Shown here piece after piece: positions 34,809-42,957 of a stretch of DNA of 43,071 nt. Under the pieces are notes generated by a model. It did no database searches. It was not told the origin of the DNA and worked only from the letters and a program-made list of their open reading frames with translations. A program made the position numbers and the translations under genes. Source of the stretch: a virus (Duplodnaviria; Heunggongvirae; Uroviricota; Caudoviricetes); the IMG/VR virus record IMGVR_UViG_3300014489_000001, positions 64,001 to 107,071 of that record. One strand, given 5' to 3'. Every line of letters starts with the position of its first letter. Within the stretch, counting starts at the first letter, position 1.

Positions 34809-35417
34809 TTACTCAGCTTCTAAAGCCTTCTTTATGTTCTTAGCATGTACGCTAAATCCTAATCCATTCTGTTGAGTGGCCACATTGATGCCAAGTAACT
34901 CACCGTTGATATTGAACAACGGGCCACCGGAGTTACCAGGATTGATGCAAGCACTGGTTTGAATCAAACCGTGAAGCGTTATGGCTGTCAGTTCCATATC
35001 ACGGTCAAGGCCACTGACGATACCGGTCGTTACCGAATTTTTCTGACTATAAGGATGACCAATAGCGATTGCGACCTCGCCAATGAGCGGGTCGAGGCAC
35101 AATTTTACTGGTTTTAGCTCGATTTTGACCCTCACAAGAGCCAAATCGTAGTTAGGATCGTCGAAAATCACTTGGCCATCGACGATTTTGCCGTCATTTG
35201 TGTATATTTGTACGGTTGAGTATGCCATTACAACGTGACTTGCAGTTGCAATCACGTCTTTACTGACAGCGATTCCTGTTCCTCGTGCTCGTTTTCCGAT
35301 TTTCACTGCAACAACGCTATCGTAAGTGTCTTTATACACTTTCGATACATCTGTGCTGCGTTCAGCGGCACAAACTGGAAAAACAAGCACGAAGAACAGG
35401 AATAATCGCTTCATCAT
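34809..35417 (-). CDS. Secreted trypsin-like (S1C, HtrA/DegP-like) serine protease without PDZ
   Basis: Signal peptide; TASHV (His), DLALV (Asp), INPGNSGGPL (Ser). Confidence 0.95.
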   Translation of the reverse strand: MMKRLFLFFVLVFPVCAAERSTDVSKVYKDTYDSVVAVKIGKRARGTGIAVSKDVIATASHVVMAYSTVQIYTNDGKIVDGQVIFDDPNYDLALVRVKIELKPVKLCLDPLIGEVAIAIGHPYSQKNSVTTGIVSGLDRDMELTAITLHGLIQTSACINPGNSGGPLFNINGELLGINVATQQNGLGFSVHAKNIKKALEAE

Positions 35418-36709
35418 CACACCTTTGCATTAGCATTGATGTGGCCAGCGTAGCCATTCTTGTGGCTATAGAGGAATGCTTGTGCAGCCCTCATGCCGCC
35501 CACATAGCCCTTTTTGAAATGCCACGAATCAGTTCCACACAAACTCGGTAGAACACGCACCAAGACGCCATCAATAGTCTCGGCAGAAGAATAATGAGTC
35601 TCTTTCACTTTGTGATAGTGACCAATCTTCCACTCTCGGTGTTTAGTTCGTGCCCAAGCTTGCGGCCAAGCACCAGCCATAATCGCTGGTAAGGAAGCAT
35701 GTTTTTCTTCATTGCCGTGAGTGTATGCAAGTAGGTTCACACCATACTCAACATGTTTTCTCGGCATTTCGGTCGCATCAATCGTGACATGAGGCGTCTG
35801 CCGATAATGCGCTTCAAGAACTTTGATTAGATACCAAGAGGTATTCCAATCGTGATTACCTGGAACCCACAAAACATCTACAGGTGCGATACCCATCAAC
35901 AGGTCGATAAGATTAATAAGAGCTTTCTGGCCTGTTGAAAAGATCTTGGCTAGACGACCATCAACATCTTGTGGCGTCCCGGCTGTTGTCATGTTTGCAG
36001 GGCCATCAATATGGAAGAAATCCTGCCCAATCGGGAGAACAATCTTCTCAATATTGAAGTTTCGTGATTTTTCAATCAACTCGTGGGCCGCGTCACTAAA
36101 GATTCGCTCAGCGATCTTCAAATCGTAATTCTCGCCTGTTTCGCGGCCCCAAGCGAGTTTACCAAAATGATGATCCCAGATGCTTACTTCAAGCATATAA
36201 GGATCAACGTGATGCTCAAATTTATGCGGCTCATATTTGTGAGCAGGAATCTGAGCAAGGAAGAGCTTGACGCCCTCCTCAATCATCTTCGGTACTTTGC
36301 GGCGAAGCCAAATCTTGACTTGCCATAATTCCACGGCAGCCAATTGGCGTTTCCAATGGTTGTGGTGTACTTTTTGTGACTCGACACGGCCAACGCAATC
36401 CCACTTGTTGATCATGTGTTCCTTAACTTCCCAGATTGATAAATCGACCTGAGCAGTTTTGAGAGCATCAGCAATAGTCCGAATAGTCGAACTCTTGCTG
36501 GTGATTACGACAGCATCTTCGGTTTCCGTTTGTTCAAAACCCTCTTCGGTCGGTTCATTGTCAGTTTGATTACCAAGTGTTCGCCACTTGCAATCAATCT
36601 GAACTTTGGTTCGGCCCATACGTTCGGCGATGTCTTTTGATGTCAAGTCTTGCTGTTTGAGCAGTTTCAGTGTATCTTCTTCGGACGCAGACCAAGCCTT
36701 ACCGGCCAT
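35417..36709 (-). CDS. HTH/Myb-like domain + calcineurin-like metallophosphoesterase
   Basis: WSASEEDTL...IAERMGRT N-terminus; DHHFG, GQDFFH, PGNHD, THG and GHYH motifs. Confidence 0.85.
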   Translation of the reverse strand: MAGKAWSASEEDTLKLLKQQDLTSKDIAERMGRTKVQIDCKWRTLGNQTDNEPTEEGFEQTETEDAVVITSKSSTIRTIADALKTAQVDLSIWEVKEHMINKWDCVGRVESQKVHHNHWKRQLAAVELWQVKIWLRRKVPKMIEEGVKLFLAQIPAHKYEPHKFEHHVDPYMLEVSIWDHHFGKLAWGRETGENYDLKIAERIFSDAAHELIEKSRNFNIEKIVLPIGQDFFHIDGPANMTTAGTPQDVDGRLAKIFSTGQKALINLIDLLMGIAPVDVLWVPGNHDWNTSWYLIKVLEAHYRQTPHVTIDATEMPRKHVEYGVNLLAYTHGNEEKHASLPAIMAGAWPQAWARTKHREWKIGHYHKVKETHYSSAETIDGVLVRVLPSLCGTDSWHFKKGYVGGMRAAQAFLYSHKNGYAGHINANAKV

Positions 36710-36744
36710 ACGAAATCCTCCAACTGAGGAAAGAGTTAATTACA

Positions 36745-37308
36745 TCACTCTGAGCCGCCCCAAATTCTACCTGTTGGGCATTTTGGGCACTCAAACCACC
36801 CAGGCGTCAAAGGATAGAGAGTATGAAGGATACCCATACGAATCCTTTCTTGGCTCGTATAGACATTAAAATCAACACGAACCAACTTGCCATTCTTTGG
36901 AACACCGACGATGTATCCAGGTTTTTCACCTTGGATAGCTTTTACTTGGACAACTCGCCAAGGTGTGTTGACCAAGTGAGTGACACCAGCAACCTCAATG
37001 ATTACTGGTTGTCCATCCTCGATAGCCTTGGCATAGATTGCTTCCAAATCCATTGGATGGTTACAATCTTTGCATACACAAGTTCCAGTTGTAACGCAAC
37101 CACAAACACATTTAGCGTTTGGATTACCTTCATTGCAGTTCTTACAGGTACATTTCCCTGTAGCAGTGCAACTGCATTTACAACCAGAATCGAGAGAAAC
37201 TTCCGCAAAGGCGAAAGCAGCTTTCGCCTTTGCGGACATTGAACTCTCACCGTGTACGACGATTACTGCACTAAGCAGTATGATCAATACTCCGATGAAA
37301 CGAGTCAT
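36745..37308 (-). CDS. Secreted protein with two metallothionein-like Cys repeats
   Basis: Signal peptide; CKCSCTATGKCTCKNC and CVCGCVTTGTCVCKDC. Confidence 0.75.
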   Translation of the reverse strand: MTRFIGVLIILLSAVIVVHGESSMSAKAKAAFAFAEVSLDSGCKCSCTATGKCTCKNCNEGNPNAKCVCGCVTTGTCVCKDCNHPMDLEAIYAKAIEDGQPVIIEVAGVTHLVNTPWRVVQVKAIQGEKPGYIVGVPKNGKLVRVDFNVYTSQERIRMGILHTLYPLTPGWFECPKCPTGRIWGGSE

Positions 37309-37317
37309 TGGCGCTCC

Positions 37318-37623
37318 TTACGCAGCCGGCGCAGGAACCGGCGTTGGGAAGAACAGGGCGAGCAACGCGGCGATAACGCCAGGCCACAAAGCCGTGTTAC
37401 TGAAAGCCGCGAAGATTTGAGGAATCATCGCGAACAGAGCAGCCCACGGAATCGTAGGCAGCGTAATGGCCTTTGGCGACATCTTCTTGGCCAAAGCGAT
37501 CACATCATTGATAACTTCGAGGACCGTGGCCTGGGCGCCAGGATCATAGCCGACCATCGCACCGGCGAGGGCTTCGTGGTGTTCAACGGGAACATTGTTT
37601 TGAGCAATGAACTTGGAAATCAT
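37318..37623 (-). CDS. Hypothetical membrane protein
   Basis: RBS AAAGGT; C-terminal hydrophobic helices and PTPVPAPAA tail. Confidence 0.65.
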   Translation of the reverse strand: MISKFIAQNNVPVEHHEALAGAMVGYDPGAQATVLEVINDVIALAKKMSPKAITLPTIPWAALFAMIPQIFAAFSNTALWPGVIAALLALFFPTPVPAPAA

Positions 37624-37635
37624 GGTAGTCACCTT

Positions 37636-37812
37636 TCACTTTTTGTGGAAACCCATAAGGGTTTTCCTGAGGTTGCATCGTTTCTGAGTCAATGGACTCA
37701 GTTTGCCAGAAGAACACAATTCTCCTGGCGTTTTACCTTGAGCCTTGGCGGTAGCTGTTAGAGAACCAGGATTCTCAATCGCTTTGCCAATGAACTTTTT
37801 CTTTGGTTTCAT
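37636..37812 (-). CDS. Small basic phage protein
   Basis: KKKFIGKAIENPGSL...KRCNLRKTL resembles the common KKWIQKAIKKPGAL...RARLAQTL phage family; RBS GGAG. Confidence 0.7.
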   Translation of the reverse strand: MKPKKKFIGKAIENPGSLTATAKAQGKTPGELCSSGKLSPLTQKRCNLRKTLMGFHKK

Positions 37813-37964
37813 TCCGGTTTCTCCGGAAACATTGCGTGATGATCCGTTGTGGTCAAGTCCATGCAACCACATTCGGGGCATACATCAATGTCAGCGGTAG
37901 TGATTGGATCGGCCGTTACTTGCGGCACACCCTCTGAATTAATTGAGAGGAATGATTCATTCAT
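37809..37964 (-). CDS. Small CPECG Zn-knuckle protein (51 aa, absent from the ORF track)
   Basis: MNESFLSINSEG...DVCPECGCMD...EKPE*; TAATG overlap upstream and ATGA overlap downstream. Confidence 0.65.
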   Translation of the reverse strand: MNESFLSINSEGVPQVTADPITTADIDVCPECGCMDLTTTDHHAMFPEKPE

Positions 37965-38236
37965 TAGTTGTGCGCCGTTGCGTTAGGGTCGTCATATGGT
38001 TCGGCCGGGTCAGGCAGATCATCGAAGAAGAAACTCCGATGAACGTTCTTGTTTGCCGTCTTCTCCGTCTCGAAGATATTGGCTTGATTCGGCGTATGGA
38101 TAACCATTTGGCCGTTGCGATTGAAATTCGCATCAGGCTCAACTTCTTTCCGTACTGCCGGCAAGTCATTGAACTTGACGTTGTACTGATTCATCGGATG
38201 CTCAGCACCCGGCGAATATGCTTGGTCTTCATTCAT
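37964..38236 (-). CDS. Hypothetical low-complexity protein (90 aa)
   Basis: Stop/start overlaps on both sides; Asn/Asp/Pro rich. Confidence 0.6.
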   Translation of the reverse strand: MNEDQAYSPGAEHPMNQYNVKFNDLPAVRKEVEPDANFNRNGQMVIHTPNQANIFETEKTANKNVHRSFFFDDLPDPAEPYDDPNATAHN

Positions 38237-39174
38237 CAGAATGTCTCCGCAAAGAGAATGTGATTATTCTCGTCAAAGTAACGCACAGTTACGTTAGCTT
38301 TGTTGATATCCATAATGGCGAATGAATGGTAATAGCGAATGCCATCATTACCATAAGTAATCGGTTCACAAGGAATCTTACTAACAAAGTAATTCTCCCT
38401 GAGCAATTCTGGTACACCACCAGCACCAACTGTACGCATCCGTTTGATGCCCATATAATCATGGTAGACAGCTAGTCGATGTTCATGACCCGTGAACCAA
38501 GCCGCCACACAATCAAGATTACCAAGCTGATTTGCAACAATGTTGTTAACATCTTGGAATCCTGAAAACGGTTGATGATGGCTCAATAGAATCGTTTTAC
38601 GATTCAAAAGATTCTTAACCCAGAGAGCTTCTTCTGGATGAAGATGAACTGGTCCTTTATTGAATCTGTCACTCCAACCAGTATTCATGCCAATAAGTTG
38701 GATGAATTTATTGCCGAGCGTAAAGTGGCAACTGTGTTGGCCAATCATGTCTGTAGCGTAGTAATAACCAGTACCGCCAGAGTAGGCGTCATGATTACCC
38801 ATCAATGTGAACCACTTCGTTTCTGGTATTTCCATCAAGAGCGGCTGCAAGAATCGTCGATCAACTTCATTCTTCGTTCCTGAGTAATAGATGTCACCCA
38901 AGTGCATGAAGTAATCGGGTTTGTATGTTCTAATCTGGCTGAGAACATTTTCTGCACTCTCAGTCCCGGTGCCCCAATCGCCAACAATTGCAAGAGAACA
39001 TGACTCCGGGAGTGTGAACACTCCCGGAGCTAGACGGTAAAGTGCCTCAACGTTGAACAGATACGCAAATAGAGTTTTAGCCCACCCCAAATCGAGTTTG
39101 GAGAATTTGAAGTCATCTTGGATTGACATCAAAATGGACTTAAAACGACTACGTATCGGAGTGAAGAGACCCAT
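38236..39174 (-). CDS. Calcineurin-like metallophosphoesterase (purple-acid-phosphatase-like)
   Basis: GDWG, HLGDIYY, GNHD, SHH and GHEH motifs. Confidence 0.92.
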   Translation of the reverse strand: MGLFTPIRSRFKSILMSIQDDFKFSKLDLGWAKTLFAYLFNVEALYRLAPGVFTLPESCSLAIVGDWGTGTESAENVLSQIRTYKPDYFMHLGDIYYSGTKNEVDRRFLQPLLMEIPETKWFTLMGNHDAYSGGTGYYYATDMIGQHSCHFTLGNKFIQLIGMNTGWSDRFNKGPVHLHPEEALWVKNLLNRKTILLSHHQPFSGFQDVNNIVANQLGNLDCVAAWFTGHEHRLAVYHDYMGIKRMRTVGAGGVPELLRENYFVSKIPCEPITYGNDGIRYYHSFAIMDINKANVTVRYFDENNHILFAETF

Positions 39175-39176
39175 GA

Positions 39177-39401
39177 TTACGCCATCTTGTTAGGTTCTTT
39201 GGCTTGATCCCAAGTGTTACCCTGGGCCGTAGTGACAATCTTCACACCATTGTGCACAATGGTGCCTTGCATACCAGCGATGGCTGCATCGTAATCCATT
39301 TGTGGACCACCGCTACAGGCTTCCGGCAAAGGGCCAGAGCGGTTCTTCGACATGTCTTGGTTGCACCAAGTCTTGTCGGCGTAGCCGTTCATGAACTTCA
39401 T
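39177..39401 (-). CDS. Small hypothetical protein with leader MKFMNGYADKTWC (74 aa)
   Basis: RBS GGAG and ATGA overlap fix the start at 39401. Confidence 0.7.
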   Translation of the reverse strand: MKFMNGYADKTWCNQDMSKNRSGPLPEACSGGPQMDYDAAIAGMQGTIVHNGVKIVTTAQGNTWDQAKEPNKMA

Positions 39402-39697
39402 TTGATTTCTCCAGTAGCGGTACAAGAATCAACCATCATCCGGCCAACACCTGTCCGCCGCACTTTGGTGTCGGGGAATGTCAGTGTACCTGTAAACGTC
39501 CTGCCATCAATGATAATCGTAACGGCTCCGGTTACTTCCTTAGCAACCATGAACTGTCCTTCACGATGCACAGGTTCAGGTGGAATGATTACAGTAATCG
39601 TTCCACCTGTCCGGGCGGGCTGACCGTGAACTGGCATAATCGACAATCCGATTGTCAACACAACAATGCCAGCTAGATAGATCACCAGTCCTTTCAT
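39398..39697 (-). CDS. Secreted hypothetical protein
   Basis: RBS GGAGGG; signal peptide MKGLVIYLAGIVVLTIGLSIMPVHG. Confidence 0.7.
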   Translation of the reverse strand: MKGLVIYLAGIVVLTIGLSIMPVHGQPARTGGTITVIIPPEPVHREGQFMVAKEVTGAVTIIIDGRTFTGTLTFPDTKVRRTGVGRMMVDSCTATGEIK

Positions 39698-39716
39698 ACG
39701 TCATTACCCTCCAAAA

Positions 39717-39744
39717 GCCAGCGTGCCACAAAGGACACGCTGGC
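39717..39744 (-). terminator. Intergenic hairpin, copy 1 of a duplicated element
   Basis: GCCAGCGTG/CACGCTGGC stem followed by TTTT and RBS GGAGGG on the minus strand. Confidence 0.7.
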
Positions 39745-39752
39745 ATGAGTTG

Positions 39753-40697
39753 TTAAAACACCCAAGGAATCATGTCCGCAAGGAATCCGTCGAATGCGGA
39801 ATACGCGAACACTTCTTGCTGGTCGCAAATATACTGCATATCAGCTTTGCGAACCCAGAATCCACCGCCTGGAGCGCCGGAGGGGCAAATACCATGGCAT
39901 AACCAACCCCAGGAATTTTGAATCCAGAAGATTTCGCCAAGGTTTGGATGGTCCCAATATGCCGACACCGACATCTGGTGGTTCCATGTGGTTACTCTTC
40001 GATTGAGCAACACACCACTGGTAACACCTGGCGACATCTGTCCGCCCCAATTGGACGCACAGGTAACGCCATACTTGTTGACGAGAGCATCACGAACATC
40101 ATCCGTTGTACGCATCAAAGCAGTCGTCTTGACAGGGTGAAGCTTACCCTGAGTGACATACTGAGCGGGTGCACCATGGTCACCCCATGCACGATCGATT
40201 GCACCTGGCCAATTCAGTGTCTTGCCATCGTCATCATACGTGTACTTCTCAGCATTGACATCGAAGTCAATAGGAAGAACACCGTACTTGACTGCGGCTT
40301 CGGCACAACCAGAACCGGTGCCACCGTCGTCATTGTCACCATTGCTTCCAGTGATTCCTGCACACACGCGACCCATGGCATAGCCATAAGGTTCGTAAGG
40401 CATGACGAACTTCTGCGACGGATCGAGCAGAATCTGATTCAGCATCGTGTAGGCTTCGGTCTTGGCTTTGCCTTGACCAGTACACGAACCAACGTTTTGA
40501 TAGAAACAAGGCAGGTCTTTACCGAGGACGGAGCGAGCAGCGTCCCATAGACAAACCTTCTCAACCGCCTTGAAATTGCCCTTCATTCGGAAAGCGGGCA
40601 TAGAACCCATAATCCGATTATGTTGGTCATTTTGATCGGTAGACCGCTTATCAGGATGCAGCCAACCTGCTTCCAGGTGCTGTCCATCTTTGTACAT
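39753..40697 (-). CDS. Papain-like (C1A) cysteine protease
   Basis: QNVGSC (oxyanion Gln, catalytic Cys), WNHQM (His), WIQNSWG (Asn). Confidence 0.9.
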   Translation of the reverse strand: MYKDGQHLEAGWLHPDKRSTDQNDQHNRIMGSMPAFRMKGNFKAVEKVCLWDAARSVLGKDLPCFYQNVGSCTGQGKAKTEAYTMLNQILLDPSQKFVMPYEPYGYAMGRVCAGITGSNGDNDDGGTGSGCAEAAVKYGVLPIDFDVNAEKYTYDDDGKTLNWPGAIDRAWGDHGAPAQYVTQGKLHPVKTTALMRTTDDVRDALVNKYGVTCASNWGGQMSPGVTSGVLLNRRVTTWNHQMSVSAYWDHPNLGEIFWIQNSWGWLCHGICPSGAPGGGFWVRKADMQYICDQQEVFAYSAFDGFLADMIPWVF

Positions 40698-40957
40698 TAT
40701 TGCAACTCCGGAAGTTCGACTGTCTTGCCAACCAGGGCATGTGTACAGTCATTGTGGTAAGTAATCTGACCATTGGTCAGGGTGAAGTGGCAACAATAGA
40801 TTACGTTGCCTTCATCAATAGCACGAATGTTGACACTTTTGTTAAGTGTCGGTGATTCAAAATTACCATTGAATACCCAACGTGCATCAACATTGTGTCG
40901 TTGATGGCAAGCTGGACATTGAAGCGTGTAACCGTCTCCGGCACGTTTGAATCGCAT
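40697..40957 (-). CDS. DUF6527-like Zn-binding protein
   Basis: CPAC..H...W.FNG....PTL..S......CHF..T.G.I....DCTH.L.G..V.LP pattern. Confidence 0.75.
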   Translation of the reverse strand: MRFKRAGDGYTLQCPACHQRHNVDARWVFNGNFESPTLNKSVNIRAIDEGNVIYCCHFTLTNGQITYHNDCTHALVGKTVELPELQ

Positions 40958-40972
40958 ATTTACCCTCTAAAA

Positions 40973-40999
40973 GCCATTGTGCCACAAGGACACAATGGC
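40973..40999 (-). terminator. Intergenic hairpin, copy 2 of a duplicated element
   Basis: GCCATTGTG/CACAATGGC stem; compensatory changes relative to copy 1. Confidence 0.7.
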
Positions 41000-41007
41000 A
41001 AAAGGTC

Positions 41008-41616
41008 TTATTTGACTTGCCTTAGCAGGACAGAGATTCGCTGTAACTGAGCGACGAGCTTCTCCCTGTCGAATGTACCAGTCGTGAATCCGGTCATCTC
41101 CGCCGCAATCAACTTCTGCATCTCGACCAGTTTGCCGTTGCATCCAAGCTTCTTGGCAACCTGACTAAAGACGGTTCCGAGTTGAGTGTACGTCGTGATG
41201 TCGGTTCGACCCTTGGCAAACGCAGCACCTTGATCGTAGAGTTCAATTAACTCTTCAAGATGTGTACCTTTGTCCTTGTCTGCATCGTAGGCCGATTGCA
41301 AACTCTTCAACAGATCGGTGGGTTGCGGAGGCAAATCTCCGATTACCACGACCCACGTCTTCATCTTGTCTTTGGCGTAACTGGCCACAACGTAGTAGGT
41401 ACCGTTTGTGTAACCAAGCAATCGGAGCTTGATCACTTTCACATCGTCGTTGTGTTCACGAATCAACTCACCATTGACTGGAGGGACAACTACCCAACCG
41501 AGGGCGTCGCCGATGGTGATTGTTGCCAACTTGCCTGCTGGCATTGTCACTGATTCCTGTCCAAACCCGATTCCGCTGAGGACAAAAAGAAGCAATGTTG
41601 CGAAGACTTTTTGCAC
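41008..41616 (-). CDS. Secreted two-domain hypothetical protein (first gene of the late run)
   Basis: GTG start with RBS GGGAG, signal peptide, beta domain + PPQPT linker + helical domain. Confidence 0.75.
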   Translation of the reverse strand: MQKVFATLLLFVLSGIGFGQESVTMPAGKLATITIGDALGWVVVPPVNGELIREHNDDVKVIKLRLLGYTNGTYYVVASYAKDKMKTWVVVIGDLPPQPTDLLKSLQSAYDADKDKGTHLEELIELYDQGAAFAKGRTDITTYTQLGTVFSQVAKKLGCNGKLVEMQKLIAAEMTGFTTGTFDREKLVAQLQRISVLLRQVK

Positions 41617-41729
41617 GGATTTCTCCCAAAAAAATTAAGATGTCAAAAGCACTGTCTCTATAGTAATATACTCCACTTGGCGGGAATTTACCATACGAAT
41701 AAATTGGCCGAAACCCGTGCAAAATAATT

Positions 41730-41965
41730 ATGACACACGACTCTTTTTCCAGTGCAGATTTAGACAAGGCCAATTTAGAAATGAACCACGACTTTTTGAT
41801 TGAATAATTTTTCAGAATTTTTATAGTGAGGATTACGATTCATGAATCATGAACCACGACTTACGAATCTTAGTTTGACCCTCCCTCCCTCTGTGCACCT
41901 TAGAACCATAGAATCATAGAATCATTTGTCGTGCGTCATGCGTCATGCGTCATGTCTCCGCGATC
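41730..41965. repeat. Short direct repeats in the non-coding region
   Basis: ATGAACCACGACTT at 41781 and 41849, variant ATGACACACGACTCT at 41730, ATAGAATC x2, TGCGTCA x3. Confidence 0.75.
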
Positions 41966-42260
41966 TGTGAGATTTGTAATCCCTTTCTGAAAATTTCTAG
42001 TAGCGATATAGTGTGGGGCGGGGGCGGTGTTGCAAAATCATACATCACTATGTTGATAAGATTAGACCCACCGGGGACGTGGGCGCCTGTCCACTATGGG
42101 AACTAAGGGTTTCCACGTATAGCTATTTCCGATAGACAAGCGCTTGCCTATCGGTTTAAACCGCATCGATCTAAATCCTTTCTAAGTAAGGTATTGTGTT
42201 CGTTTCTCTATTAATAATACCTTTTCAACCAAATAAATGTAAAGTATTCTGCAAAATAAC

Positions 42261-42289
42261 TTGCATTCCTGCCCTACGTGGGATACTAT
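42261..42289 (+). promoter_or_regulatory. Putative sigma70 promoter
   Basis: TTGCAT, 17-bp spacer, TACTAT, preceded by an AT-rich UP-like tract. Confidence 0.65.
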
Positions 42290-42328
42290 TTAATATCTGA
42301 GAAGTAACCCAAACAAAAGGAAGTAAAA

Positions 42329-42445
42329 ATGAAAAGTATCCTCTTCTCTTGTCTCGCGTCCGCTATCGTGTTCAATGTGCTTTTTCCTAATACACTTGCG
42401 ACGATCCGCGCGATTGTCAATGTGTTCGGCCCCTTGACCAAATGA
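42329..42445 (+). CDS. Small hydrophobic peptide (38 aa)
   Basis: RBS AAGGAAG; MKSILFSCLASAIVFNVLFPNTLATIRAIVNVFGPLTK. Confidence 0.5.
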   Translation: MKSILFSCLASAIVFNVLFPNTLATIRAIVNVFGPLTK

Positions 42446-42555
42446 GGTTTGAATATGTTGCTCACTTGTGTTATCTTTGTTTTCTGGTTTCTTGCCCTGC
42501 CCTATGTTTGCTTAGGTCTTCATTACCTTGCAAACGAATATTTTGGAGTTTAACT

Positions 42556-42900
42556 ATGTTATACGGACTTCTCATTTTCGGCGTTTTTATTAACCTCATT
42601 TACAAGGGGTTAATGTCCTTGCAACGTAGGGGAATTATTGCCCTATTGCTAGTCCTGTCCGTTGCAACGTCAAGCTATGCTGCAAAGGGCGCTTCACGAA
42701 AAGTATCGTATACGGTGCCCGGAACGAATAGAACGTATACGTTGACATATAGCGCGCCGTCCGCGCATATCATCTCTCCCCTGCCACTACGAACTATCGG
42801 CGCGCAGCATATCCCTACGAATAGCAACGGTATTTTTCAGGGGAATAATTATCACAAGAATGATGGAAGCGCTATTTTCAACGCAGGCGCGCCAAAGTAA
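42556..42900 (+). CDS. Membrane/secreted hypothetical protein
   Basis: RBS GGAG before the ATG at 42556; two hydrophobic segments; followed by a terminator. Confidence 0.55.
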   Translation: MLYGLLIFGVFINLIYKGLMSLQRRGIIALLLVLSVATSSYAAKGASRKVSYTVPGTNRTYTLTYSAPSAHIISPLPLRTIGAQHIPTNSNGIFQGNNYHKNDGSAIFNAGAPK

Positions 42901-42921
42901 ACGGACAGGACAGAAACGAAT

Positions 42922-42953
42922 AAAACCGCCTGGACTATTCCAGGCGGTTTTTT
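42922..42953 (+). terminator. Intrinsic terminator
   Basis: AAAACCGCCTGGA-CTAT-TCCAGGCGGTTTTTT. Confidence 0.9.
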
Positions 42954-42957
42954 ATTG

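Noticed and set aside
39918-40550. 210-aa plus-strand ORF
   Set aside because: Antisense shadow of the papain-like protease
40697-40957. Ubiquitin-like conjugation system suggested by the DUF6527-like gene
   Set aside because: No E1, E2, JAB or Ubl gene is recognisable in the window
41468-41773. Minus-strand 101-aa ORF upstream of the late run
   Set aside because: It overlaps the 41008..41616 gene out of frame, with no RBS or features
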